This document shows positions 23,226 to 35,094 of a stretch of DNA of 39,396 nucleotides, in pieces. The notes under the pieces are model-generated. The model had not been told where the DNA came from and made no database searches. It worked only from the letters and a program-made list of their open reading frames with translations. Position 1 is the first letter of the stretch, and every line of letters starts with the position of its first letter. Source of the stretch: Chiloscyllium plagiosum (taxonomy: Eukaryota); the NCBI RefSeq assembly GCF_004010195.1, contig NC_057718.1, forward strand, positions 80,502,765 to 80,542,160. Reading direction: 5' to 3'. The position numbers were made by a program, and so were the translations under genes.

Positions 23226-23804
23226 GGGATGTAGGTTAGCTTGCCGAGCTGCAAGGTTCATTTCCAGACGTTTCGTCACCCTACTAGGTAACATCTTCAG
23301 TGGGCCTCCGGGCAAAGTGCTTCTGATGATTCCTGCTTTCTATTTGTATGTTTGGGTTTCTTTGGGTTTGTGATGTCATTTCCTGTGGTGATGTCATTTC
23401 CTGTTCTTTTTCTCAGGGGGTGGAAGATGGGGTCTAACCCAATGTGTTTGTTGATAGAGTTCTAGTTGGAATGCCATACTTCTAGGAATTCTCGTGCGTG
23501 TCTCCGTTTAGCTTGTTCTAGGATGCATGTGTAGTCCCAGTCGAAATGGTGTCCTTCCTTATCTGTGTGTAAAGGTACTAGTGAGAGAGGGTCATGTTGT
23601 TTTGTGGTTAGTTGATGTTCATGTATCCTGGTGGCTAGTTTTCTGCCTGGATAGAAAGCTGGAATCATCAGCAGTGCTTCGCCCGGAGGCCCACTGAAGA
23701 GGTTACCTAGTAGGGTGACGAAACAGCTGGAAATCAACTTTCCAGCTCAGCGAGCAAACCTACATCCAGAACCTCAACCTGAGCTACAAATCTTCTCAAA
23801 ACTC
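23226..23804. mobile_element. PLE (Poseidon-like) inverted-pair insertion
   Basis: Minus arm ~23226-23650 encodes the GIY-YIG C-terminus (RKLATRIHEHQL…HFDWD…REFLEVWHS); plus arm ~23651-23804; TSD ACCAGGAAAGAT at 23214-23225 and 23805-23816. Confidence 0.92.
23263..23304 (-). ncRNA. Minimal type I hammerhead ribozyme motif, core intact
   Basis: Minus strand: CCA-CUGAAGA-U-GUUACC-UAGUAG-GGUGAC-GAAA-C-GUC-UGG. Confidence 0.8.
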
Positions 23805-23873
23805 ACCAGGAAAGATTAGCAGAAAATGAATCTCCAAATCTTCAAATTTTCTGAATTTATGGACAGTTGATTG

Positions 23874-25663
23874 ATTTGTTGTGGTTCTGTTCGCCAAGCT
23901 GGGAATTTGTGTTGCAGACGTGTCGTCCCCTGTCTAGGTGACATCCTCAGTGCTTGGGAGCCTTCTGTGAAGCGCTTCTCTGTTGTTTCCTCCAGCATTT
24001 ATAGTGGTTTGTCTCTGCCGCTTCCGGTTGTCAGTTCCAGCTGTCCGCTGCAGTGGCTGGTATATTGGGTCCAGGTCGATGTGTTTGCTGATAGAATCTG
24101 TGGATGAGTGCCATGCCTCTAGGAATTCCCTGGCTGTTCTCTATTTGGCTTGTCCTATAGTAGTAGTGTTATCCCAGTCAAACTCATGTTGCTTGTCATC
24201 TGCGTGTGTGGCTACTAAGGATAGCTGGTCGTGTCGTTTCGTGGCTAGATGGTGTTCATGGATACGGATTGTTAGCTGTCTTCCTTTTTGTCCTATGTTG
24301 TGTTTTGTGCAGTCCTTGCATGGGATTTTGTACACTACATTGGTTTTGCTCATGCTGGGTATCGGGTCCTTTGTCCTGGTGAGTTGTTGTCTGAGAGTGG
24401 CTGTTGGTTTGTGTGCTGTTATGAGTCCTAGTGTTCGTAGTAGTCTGGCTGTCAGTTTAGAAATGTTTTTGCTGTATGGTAACGTGGCTAGTCCTTTGGG
24501 TTGTGGAATGTCCTCACTCTGTTGCCTTTCCCTTAGGCATCTGTTGTTGAAATTGCGGGGGTATCCGTTTTTGGCGAATACATTGTAGAGGTGTTCTTCT
24601 TCCTCTTTTTGCAATTCTGGTGTACTGCAGTGTGTTGTGGCCCTTTTGAATAGTGTCTTGATGCAACTTCTTTTGTGTGTGTTGGGGTGGTTGCTTTCGT
24701 AGTTCAAGACTTGGTCTGTGTGTGTGGCTTTCCTGTATACCTTTGTTGTGAATTCTCCGTTCGGTGTTCTCTGTACCATCATGTTGATTGTGGAGTTGAA
24801 TGGGAGTTGATTGTCCTTTTTTCCCTCTCTAGTGAATCTGATTCCTGTGAGTGTGGCTTTGATGATCTGGTGTGTATTTTCTATTTCTGTGTTTTTAATG
24901 ATTACAAAGATAATCATTTGTAAACCTTTGTAATCATTAAAAACACAGAAATAGAAAACACACACCAGATGCCTAAGGGAAAGGCAACAGAGTGAGGACA
25001 TTCCACAACCCAAAGGACTAGCCACGTTACCATACATCAAGAACATTTCTGAACTGACAGCCAGACTACTACGACCACTAGGACTCATAACAGCACACAA
25101 ACCAACAGCCACTCTCAGACAACAACTCACCAGGACAAAGGACCCGATACCCAGCATGAGCAAAACCAACATAGTGGACAAAATCCCATGCAAGGACTGC
25201 ACAAAACACGACATAGGACAAAAAGGAAAACGGCTAACAATCCGTATCCATGAACACCATCTAGCCACGAAACGACACGACCAGCTATCCTTAGTAGCCA
25301 CACACGCAGATGACAAGCAATATGAGTTCACCTGGGACAACACTACTATTATAGGACAAGCCAAACAGAGAACAGCCAGGGAATTCCTAGAGGCATGGCA
25401 CTCATCAACAGATTCTAACAACAAACACATCGACCTGGACCCAATATACCAGCCACTGCAGCGGACAGCTGGAACTGACAACCGGAAGCGGCAGAGACAA
25501 ACCACTATAAATGCTGGAGAAAACAACACAGAAGCACTTCACAGGAGGCTTCCAAGCACTGAGGATGTCACCTAGACAGGGGTTGAAACGTCTGCAACAC
25601 AAATTCCCAGCTCAGCGAACAGAACCGCAACAACGAGCATTCGAGCTACAAAGCTTCTCACAA
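23874..25663. mobile_element. PLE (Poseidon-like) ~1.8-kb fold-back insertion: RT C-terminus + GIY-YIG + pseudo-LTR on each arm
   Basis: FTTKVYRKATHTDQVLNYESNHP, LPY…, NVVYKIPCKDC..H.IGQ.G; arms are reverse complements around ~24917; TSD AGTTGATTG at 23865-23873 and 25664-25672. Confidence 0.95.
25556..25595 (+). ncRNA. Minimal hammerhead motif; core intact, stem II base weakened
   Basis: GCA-CUGAGGA-UGUCACCUAGACAGGGGUU-GAAA-C-GUC-UGC. Confidence 0.6.
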
Positions 25664-26110
25664 AGTTGATTGCTGACTTTTTAAATAAATCAATGTGTAG
25701 AATTAAGGTTATCTGTGCGAAAGGAGGACAAAACAAGAATTCAATAGGAAACCATGTTCGTGGAGTAACTATGGTCTGCAACTACATTTAACAATCAACC
25801 TTTTGAGTGGGAAATTGGCCATTAGAAGTTTTGACATTAACCCTGTCAATGTTGGCATAAAAGCTTTTACAAAATGTGTGACTAAATTTCACAGAATGGA
25901 AGTGTCTGAATGTGCAAAATTTCAAAGTATGTGTAATAGATATGATAGTTATTGTGTAATGTCTATCTTTTAAGGGTACATTTCTTCAAATTGTCTGTTT
26001 TATGCAAAAATGAAAGTTCAACCTACAATTCTTGTCAACAAACAAGTTTCAGGATATTTTGTTTTGTTTTCTAAGTAGTGGCTGCAACATACAGGTAGAC
26101 AGATAATTTG

Positions 26111-26556
26111 ATGTTAGCGAGTTTTGAGAAGACTTGTAGCTCAGGTGAACCATAACAAACACTACATTGGACAAACAGGCAGAAAACTAGCCACCAGGAT
26201 ACATGAACATCACCTCACCACAAAAAGACTTCACTCACTCTTATATTTACATACGGATGAGGAAAGACACCACTCCAACTGGGACAACACATCCATCTTA
26301 GGACAAGCCAAACAGAGACAGGAATGAGAATTCCTGGAAGCATGGCATTACAACTGAAACTCTATCAACAAACACATTGACTTGGATCCCACTTACGAGC
26401 CTCTGAGAAAAAGAATAGGAAATGACATCATCACCAACCCAAAGGAATCCCAAACACATAAATAGAAAGCGGGCTACACCACCAGTGCTTCATCCGGAGG
26501 CTCACTGAAGATGTTACCTAGTATGGTGATGAAACGTGTGAAAACGAACCTTCATC
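26111..26556. mobile_element. PLE insertion: short inverted tail plus a plus-strand GIY-YIG/pseudo-LTR arm
   Basis: KHYIGQTGRKLATRIHEH; hammerhead core at 26505-26538 with a non-cleavable GUG triplet; TSD CAGATAATTTG at 26100-26110 and 26557-26567. Confidence 0.9.
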
Positions 26557-26744
26557 CAGATAATTTGTTGGATTCTGATCCTTGGTTTAAAGGTGCACTG
26601 GTCCTGACATTAATTGAAAAGTGACTTCCACATGTAGTTGGAATTTGTCAGGCAAAATCCAGAAATCAATTCAGTAGTTCGGAAGCCGTGATAGAACTAA
26701 TTGTTCCAATTATGTTGTTAACTTCCAGGCTTTGAAAATGTAAT

Positions 26745-27200
26745 AAACAGGAGTTGGAGCTCATCATCCTTCGTCTTCCAATTTGTATAATAATGGGTGA
26801 TCTTCTGCCTCAGCTTTCCTGCCTGGTCCCATGCTCCTTGACTCTCAAAGACACTAAAAATCTATCTCTCCCTTGAATATACTCAATGACAGAAGATCTA
26901 CAACCACTTGGGTATACAATTCTAAATATTCACACAACCTCTGAGTGAAGAGATTTTTCTTCATCTTTGTCATAAATGCTCATCCCCCTTATTCTGACAC
27001 ATCACCCTCATTCTTCACTTCCACAACCAGAGAAAACAACTTCTCAATGTCAACCCTATCAAGCCACTGTAGATTGTACTGAAGTGAGTTCTCATTCTTT
27101 TAAACTCCAGAGAATTAAGGCACAAATTACACAGCTCTTCCTCACTGATCAAACCTGTCATCCAAGGAACCAAGCGAGTGAACCGACACTACTTATTTGT
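26745..27200 (-). mobile_element. Degenerate CR1 3' fragment
   Basis: ctctgagtgaagagattttt, ccttgaatatactcaatgac and ctcattcttttaaactccagag are reverse complements of CR1 ORF2-end/3'UTR motifs. Confidence 0.6.
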
Positions 27201-27459
27201 CATCTCTATGAACTGTACTATTTTCATGGACTCGACCTAGTCTGTGTCACACAAGCCTTATAGATTCGAGCTAGTCTGGGCATTGAGTGCCTATTCTGCA
27301 TTTGTGATACTGCTCTCCTTAGCTGAACCGTCCCTGCTCTAAGTCTACTGCACCTTTGTCTTATTTATCTGGACGTGACTATTGTCTGACTCTCAGGCAT
27401 TTCGGTAAATTCTTTATTTATATTCTAATATACAAATAATATGTGAATCCTGACCAGAG

Positions 27460-28999
27460 CCCTGGTGCCAGGATCAAGGATGTCTCAGAGAGGGTGCAGA
27501 ATATTCTCACGGGGGAGAGGGGCCAGCAGGAGGTCATTGTCCACATTGGAACCAACGACATTGGAAGGGAAAAGGTTGAGACTCTGAAGGGAGATTACAG
27601 AGAGTTAGGCAGAAATTTAAAAAGGAGGTCCTCAAGGGTAGTAATATCTGGATTACTCCCAGTGCTACGAGCTAGTGAGGGCAGGAATAGGAGGATAGAG
27701 CAGATGAATCATAGCTGAGGAGCAGGTGTATGGGAGAAGGATTCACATTTTTGGATCATTGGAATGTCTTTTGGGGTAGAAGTGACCTGTGCAAGAAGGA
27801 CGGATTGCACCTAAATTGGAAGGGGACGAATGTACTGGCAGGGAAAATTGCTAGAATTGCTCAGGAGGATTTAAACTAGTAAGGTCGGGGGATGGGACCC
27901 AGGGAGATAGTGAGGAAAGAGATCGATCTGAGATGGGTACAGCTGAGAACAGAAGTGAATCAAACAGTCAGGGCAGGCAGGGACAAGGTAGGACTAATAA
28001 ATTAAACAGCATTTATTTCAATGCAAGGGGCCTAACAGGGAAGGCAGATGAACTCAGGGCATGGTTAGCAACATGGGACTGGGATATCATAGCAATTGCG
28101 GAAACATGGCTCAGGGATGGGTAGGACTGGCAGCTTAATGTTCCAGGATAGAAATGCTACAGAAAAGATAGAAAGGGAGGCAAGAGAGGAGGGGGAGTGG
28201 CATTTTTCATAAGGGCTAGCATTACAGCTATGCTGAGGGAGGATATTCCCGGAAATACATCTAGGGAAGTTATTTGGGTGGAACTGAGAAATAAGAAAGG
28301 GATGATCACCTTATTGGGATAGTATTATAGATCCCCCAGTAGTCAGAGGAAAATGAAGAAGGCATTTGGTATGCTTTCCTTTATTGGTCAGAGTATTGAG
28401 TACAGGAGTTGGGAGGTTATGTTGCGGCTATACAGGACATTGGTTAGGCCACTGTTGGAGTATTGCATGCAATTCTGGTCTCCTTCCTATTGGAAAGATG
28501 TTATGAAACTTGAAAGGGTTCAGAAAAGATTTACAAGGATGTTGCCAGGGTTGGAAGATCTGAGCTATAGGGAGAGGCTGAACAGGCTGGGACTGTTTTC
28601 CCTGGAGCATCGGAGGCTGAGGGGTGACCTTATAGACATTTACAAAATTATGAGGGGCTTGGAAGGGGTAAATAGACAAAGTCTTTTCCCTGGGGTGGGG
28701 AGTCCAGAACTGGAGAACATAGGTTTAGGTTGAGAGGGGAAAGATATAAAAGAAATCTGAGGGACAACGTTTTCACATGGAGGGTGGTATGTGTATGGAA
28801 GGAGCTGCCAGAGGAAGTGGTGGAGGCTGGTACAATTGCAACATTTAGAAGGCAATTGGATAGGTATATGAATAGGAAGGGTTTGGAGGGATATGGGCCG
28901 GGTGCTGGCAGGTGGGACTAGATTGGGTTGGGATATCTGGTCGGCATGGACGGGTTGGACCGAAGGGTTTGTTTCCATGCTGTACATCTCTATGACTCT
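27460..28999 (+). mobile_element. CR1 LINE with a large internal deletion: ORF1 esterase end and ORF2 endonuclease start fused at ~28352 to the ORF2 C-terminus and 3'UTR
   Basis: PGARIKDV…VHIGTNDIG (SGNH), YFNARGL…IIAIAETWL (APE), then KKAFGMLSFIGQSIEYRSWEV; 3' part closely matches 13883-14530. Confidence 0.93.
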
Positions 29000-30066
29000 T
29001 CAGTACAATTATTTTATTCCTTTTTGAGTATAAATAGCATGGTGACTTGATGTTAGAATTACATCATGTGTATCATCATTAACACATTTATTCCTGTTAG
29101 TGTAAATGTTTCAACTCTAAGTCAATTATAAATAAAAGCAAGCATCTGAAATAAAACAATGTTGGAGAAATTCAGCAGGTTTGGTAGCATCTGTGGAGAA
29201 AGAAACAAAGCCAATAGCAAATCAAGTATAGCTCAGCATATTATTGGTGTGGTCTGACAGGTCTTTCTACAATTGCTATAGGCTCCTTTATTCTTGTAAT
29301 CCAAACATCTTGGAATTAAGATCAACATTACATTTTTTCCCTCCATTGTTTGCTGTATCTGCATTTGCTGAACCTATTAACTTACTGCATTTCATATGTC
29401 AGTATATCTCAATCTCTGAACATAAACAATTCCAAGTTTCAAAGGTTGACCAAATGCTTTGTTAGCCGATTACTTTTTCAAAAGGGAACAACCTGACACC
29501 TCCACTTAAAAAACAGATCCATCATCTATTTAGCACTGAGACTTTTAACCATCAAAGTTTCCACTTTTTGGAATTTCTGCACTGAAATGTTCCAGCTGCT
29601 TCAGTTTTGTCTCAACACTATCCTTAAAGCATATTTTCAAACAGCTTTTAATGTTTTATGCTTTGCAGTTCCTTTTCTTGGCTTCTATCATGCTTTTGTC
29701 AAGTGTTTTCTATTCCAAAGTTGCTATGTAAATGTAAGTTATTCTTATCTAACTTATCAATTAGATCAGCTAAAGTCGAATATTTCTCATTAAAATGATC
29801 ACTTCCAATATCAGATTTTAAAAACTTCAATATTTCTTTATTTAGTGGCACTTTCAAAACACAAAATATACTTAGCAGTGTTATGTAATCAGATTTGTTA
29901 TTATGCAGTTCTTTATGGTCTGTTTTGATAGCACAAGTAACAACATTAGAGAATACTAATGCTGATATTGCATGCAGCTGCTGATTTGCCCCTGAACTTC
30001 AACCTCCCATGATGACCAGTTAATTGTTCCGAGATGGATCAGGATGCTTGCAATCTTATAATAGTT

Positions 30067-30497
30067 AACAAAGTTAAAATTTACACAACACCAGGTTATA
30101 GTCCAACAGGTTTATTTGGAAGAACAAGCTTTCAGTGCGCTGCTCCTTCATCAGGTATCTAGTGGAGTAGGATCATAGGACACAAAATTTATAGCAAAAG
30201 ATCATAGTATCATACAAGAGGTGCAATATATTGAACAAACCGAGATTGCTGTTAAGTCTTTCATCATGCAACAATCGCCAGACAAGGCTATTACCTCCCA
30301 TTGGGTGAACACTTTAGCGGTCAGGGAAATTCAGCCTCGGATCTTCAGGTGACCGTCCTCCAAGGCGGACTTCAGGATACACAAGAGTGGCCAAACAGAC
30401 GCTGATAGCCAAGTTCGGTACCCATGTGGATGGTCTCAACTGGAAACTTTCGTTCATGCCACATTACAGGTGACCCCACTACACTCTACACCCACTC
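30067..30497. mobile_element. PLE (Neptune-like) inverted pair; right tail lost
   Basis: Minus pseudo-LTR of the 4981 family (hammerhead core ~30127-30154), then plus-strand LPLGEHFSGQGNSASDLQVTVLQGG…LIAKFGTHVDGLN. Confidence 0.8.
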
Positions 30498-30502
30498 GCT
30501 CA

Positions 30503-30910
30503 CGCTGTTTTCATTAGAGAGAGGAAGATTGAGAGGTGACTTAATTGAGGCATATAAGATAATCGGAGGGTTAGATAAGGGGACAGTGAGAACCCTTTTC
30601 CTCGGATGGTGATGGCGAGCACGAGGGGACATAGTTTTAATTTGAGGGATGATAGGTATAGGGCAGATGTCAGATGTAGCTTCCTTACTTAGAGTACTAA
30701 TGATGTGGAACGTCCTGCCTGCAATAGTAGCAGACTCGCCAACTTTAAGGGTATTTAAATGGCCATTGGATAAACATACGGATGAAAATGGATTAGTGTT
30801 GGATTCAAAGTCTTCAGATTGGTTCCACAGGTCAGCACAACATCAAGGGCTGAAGGGCCTGTACTGTGCTGTATTGTTCTATGTTCTACGTTCTATGTCC
30901 TATGTCTATG
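30503..30910 (+). mobile_element. CR1 3' fragment
   Basis: LFSLERGRLRGDLIEAYKII; 3'UTR gggctgaagggcctgtactgtgctg with a (TTCTATG)n-like tail. Confidence 0.85.
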
Positions 30911-33097
30911 TATTAATATACTGTTCCAATAAAACACTTATTTAAATTACATCAACTTAATTTCAAAACCATACAGTGGCTGTCATCTTTGGTGTATGTC
31001 GTCTTGCAGCTGAAGATCTCCCTGGGTTGTCTTTTTTTTTACTGCGAATATGTTTCATACGAACAGGTGCCTTTGATAGAGACTGTTTCCTAATTGATGG
31101 CAGTTAGTCCATCAGATTTTCAAAATACCTGCCTTTTTTATACCCCCAGAATTGGTTCAATGTTGGGAAAACAATAAATTCAAATGCAATTGAGTTTTAG
31201 TATCCAGGGCCATAATAGGTTAAATTTGAATTGTTGTCAAAACATCAACCAACTCAGGTATCCATTTCACAGCCAAATGTTACGTATTTTCAATTTTCCA
31301 GTACACTCTGAGACTGCTATCTAGTGATATCACAGGTGTTCAGTTCAGAACAGTATTCACTGTCTCACAATACACACTTTCAACTTCATAACAGGTGCAC
31401 ACCAAACAACTGCCAGTAGCTTACAGACCTATGATATCAGTGTGCAATACTGATTTTATGTCAATTTTGTTATTTTCAAACACCCATCCTCCAGCCTGTG
31501 CCCAGCCTTAATTTCATATAGCTGAACACCGTATTAAATGGCATGAGGAACCATCATCAATGCTACTTAAATTGATCATAAACTATTTAAAGCTTATAGA
31601 TTCAGAGAGTCACACAGCAGCTTGGCTGTTGTTGCAATACAGTTTTGGAACCCTGCTGCACTTTGAGCAGTCTGCAGAGCTCTGAAGTGATTGTTTTATT
31701 CATTTAAAAGCTTGTGTTGAAACAAATTGCTTCCAGAATTGGGTGGCCTGATGCGTCCCTCTGTTAGAACTGAAAGTAAGGAATTCCAACTCTTGGAAGA
31801 GAAAGGCAGAGAGAAGGACTCTGAAGATATCTGCCAGTAGGTTTTTGGGGAGCAATTTGCTTTTGTCAGTTTCAGCAAGGATTTATGCATAAAAAGTCTT
31901 TAATTTATCAAAACTTTCAGAAATCTGCCAGCTATTGCAGCTGTAAATAGAAACTCAAACTAAGGCAAGAACAGGAGTGCCTGCAGCCAGCAAGGTAATT
32001 ATGGCTCTTAACATTTATTCTCTTCATTCTTTTCAGGCTGCTGCTGGAGATTCAGACAGCAATTCACATGTTTTAGTACACAACAGCAAAAGGAAGTTCA
32101 CTCAGATTTTCCATATCCTGAGATACAGCTTCATATCATTTCCTTCGCCGAAACAGTTGGATTGTCATGGTGTAAGATACCATTGATTGTACATACATTG
32201 CCTTGCTTGCACCTTGTGCTGTCTTCCATTTCACTGAGCCGAAAGGGATTCTAGACCCTCAGTGTGTAGCTAGTTTGTGATCACAGGCAGGCGAATACTC
32301 AGTATCCTGCAAGTACTGTAGTTTAATCTGTGATAGTCCTGAGTGCCAATTCCATTTGAACTACCATGAGAAGTCAAAGGCTGGTTACTGAGCTACAAGG
32401 CTTTATCATTCCTATCTATATCCACATGCTTACACACACCAGGCATACAATGAGACCCATTAAACCATAAATATTATAGAACAACCATCAGTATCCAAAG
32501 CACTTCTGGTAGCTGGATCACTATGAAACAGCACTAACTGCTCAATTGAGTGCTGGTCAAGATTTACAATTACATACATGTTACATAACCTGTCCATAAT
32601 GAGGGAAAGGTCTTTGCTACCACATTACAGGTGTAAGACTGAGAAACAAGGTTAAGAGGGAGGGTGGAGCACATCAAGAAGTGGGTAAGATGAGTTGGAA
32701 GGAAGAATACAATATAGACAACCCTCTTTTATCTCATGCTTCATGCAAGTGAGTAAATGCATTAATTTTAGCTAGCCAAATCTCTTCTTTCACAAACAGT
32801 CCTCTTTCCCCCCTACCTGTCCTCAGTGATTAAGTATCAAATTATTCTCTTGGCAAAAACATAAAAATACAAACCACCCGAAAATGTATATTCAATCAAT
32901 ATTTATTAATTAAAATATTACATAATTCAAAACAAAATAAATTAATAATTCTTATGTGTCCACTTAGTAAAGCCTTCTCTGTGTTTTTGCTGCTCATTGT
33001 GTTTCTGCGAGATGTAAGCCCTCTGGCTGAGGCATGAGTATCGAAAGGTTGCTAACCTCTAATTAAGGAGAGGGCAGATGACATTGGAGAATGAGCT

Positions 33098-33285
33098 TAT
33101 GCTGGAGATCATAGCACGTAAGGCAGCATCCATGGAGAGAAAGCAAGGTAATGTTTCTAATCTGAAGTCATCTAGACTCAAAATGGTAGCTTGGTTTCTC
33201 TCCATGGATGATGCCTGACATGCTGTGATCTCCAGCATTTTTTGTTTTCGGTTCAGATTCCAGCATCTGCGTAATTTGCTCCTGT
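33098..33285. mobile_element. Old PLE-tail inverted pair
   Basis: atgctggagatcatagca…ggcagcatccatggagagaaa is mirrored by tttctctccatggatgatgcc…tgtgatctccagcat; no convincing TSD. Confidence 0.6.
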
Positions 33286-33289
33286 AAGA

Positions 33290-33570
33290 ACTTGAGAGAT
33301 ACAGCTTAAAGTAATTGACAAAAGAAGCAAAAGATATGAGAAAAACTTGTTCATTAGGCAATTGCTTCAGGTCTGGAATGCACTGCCTGAGAGTGGAATC
33401 AGGTTCAATGGCAATAGCCTAATTCTCTTTTAAATGCTACCTGAGAAGGAAGAATGTGCAGGGTTATGGGAAGAAGACGAGAAAATGCCACTTGCTCATT
33501 TTGAGAGCTGCTTTAGAATTGTTGGGCAAATTGGCTCCCTTTCTGCACAGCAATAATTCTGTGATTTAAA
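33290..33570 (+). mobile_element. Degenerate CR1 3' end
   Basis: tctggaatgcactgcctgagag…gcagggttatgggaaga…gggcaaattggctcc. Confidence 0.55.
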
Positions 33571-33873
33571 GGTTTAACTTGCAAGGTCATTACACTTTTT
33601 TTCTTACAATGCATCTCTAATCTTGTAGCAATTTCTAGCATTGACTTCCACTGCTGCCTTTTTGCTTCACTTTCTAAGCATGTGACTGCCTGCCCTCCAT
33701 ATGAAACAGGATATTTCCCCTCCTTTCTATCTCTTCACCATAAACCTTTAGTGTAATGTTGGAAAATATTGTGCATGCTCTCTTGTATATTAAGCTATTG
33801 CTCAAAGTATTAGAGCACATAATCTGTTTTCAAATCACTTCCAGTACTTATTACAGCCATTGTCCAAACTTTT

Positions 33874-34292
33874 GGATGTAGATTTGCTGGCTGAGCTGAA
33901 AGGTTGATTTCCAGTTCGACTGGGACAATATATCCATCCTCGGACAAGCCAAACAAAGACACGCATAAGAATTCCTGGAAGCATGGCATTCCAACCGGAA
34001 CTCGATCAATAAACACATCGAGTTAGACCCCATCTACCACCCACTGAGAAAAGGAACAGGAAGTGACTTCACCACAGGAAATTAGATCACCACAGGAAAT
34101 TACATTACCAACCCAAAGGAACCCAAGCATATAAATAGAAAGCAGGAATTTTCAGCATTGCTTTGCATGAGATCCACTGAAGATGTTACCTAGTAAGGTA
34201 ACGAAACGTCTGGAAATGAACCTTTCAGCTCAGCGAACAAACCTCCATTCAAAAGCTCAACCAAAGCTAAAAATCTTCTCAAAACTTGCACA
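33874..34292. mobile_element. PLE inverted-pair insertion
   Basis: Short minus arm 33874-33914 plus a plus-strand arm (FDWDNISILGQAKQRHA*EFLEAWHS); TSD GTCCAAACTTTT at 33862-33873 and 34293-34304. Confidence 0.92.
34173..34214 (+). ncRNA. Minimal type I hammerhead ribozyme, best-preserved copy
   Basis: UCCA-CUGAAGA-U-GUUACCU-AGUA-AGGUAAC-GAAA-C-GUC-UGGA: 4-bp stem I, 7-bp stem II, ACGU palindrome; predicted cut after 34210. Confidence 0.85.
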
Positions 34293-34388
34293 GTCCAAAC
34301 TTTTAAAGGTGCAAGTTACTTTTGAATATTTCTAGCAGCCTGGTATATAAGGTCCTCTGTTGATGAAAGCAATTGATCAACAGTGTGA

Positions 34389-34965
34389 GTGAGGTAAAAA
34401 CAATGACTGCAGATGCTGGAAACCAGATTCTGGATTAGTGGTGCTGGAAGAGCACAGCAGTTCAAGCAGCATCCAAGGAGCAGCGAAATCGACGTTTTGG
34501 GCAAAAGCCCTTCATCAGGAATAAAGGCAGAGAGCCTGAAGCATGGAGAGATAAGCTAGAGGAGGGTGGGGGTGAGGAGAAAGTAGCATAGAGTANNNNN
34601 NNNNNNNNNNNNNNNNNNNNNNNNNNNNNNNNNNNNNNNNNNNNNNNNNNNNNNNNNNNNNNNNNNNAAACTTCCAGCTCAGCACTGTCCCCATGACTTG
34701 TCCAGACTTGTCCGACCTGCCTATCTCCTTTCCCACCTATCCACTCCACCCTCTCCTCCCTGACCTATCACCTTCATCCCCTCCCCCACTCACCTATTGT
34801 ACTCTATGCTACTTTCTCCTCATCCCCACCCTCCTCTACCTTATCTCTCCATGCTTCAGGCTCTCTGCCTTTATTCCTGATGAAGGGCCTTTGCCCGAAA
34901 CATCGATTTCGCTGCTCCTTGGATGCTGCCTGAACTGCTGTGCTCTTCCAGCACCACTAATCCAG
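34389..34965. mobile_element. PLE inverted-pair insertion with an assembly gap in the middle
   Basis: Reverse-complement arms; hammerhead cores at ~34491-34518 (minus, GAAA>AAAA) and 34877-34904 (plus); TSD AACAGTGTGA at 34379-34388 and 34966-34975. Confidence 0.9.
34596..34667. other. Assembly gap (72 N)
   Basis: Run of N. Confidence 1.
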
Positions 34966-35094
34966 AACAGTGTGACACTAGCTGCACTCAGTGATCATGT
35001 CAGATTGCAGGCAGTATAAAATTATTATGCTGCCTTCAATGTAAGTAAAGATACCTGTAAATTATGCATGACGATCCATGTTATTTTCCTTAAA

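Noticed and set aside
24141..25529. 462-aa minus-strand ORF (and the 201-aa plus-strand ORF 23983-24588) as a novel gene
   Set aside because: Product of the fold-back: the antisense reading of one PLE arm is fused to the sense RT/GIY-YIG frame of the other. The start is non-ATG and there is no independent gene signal.
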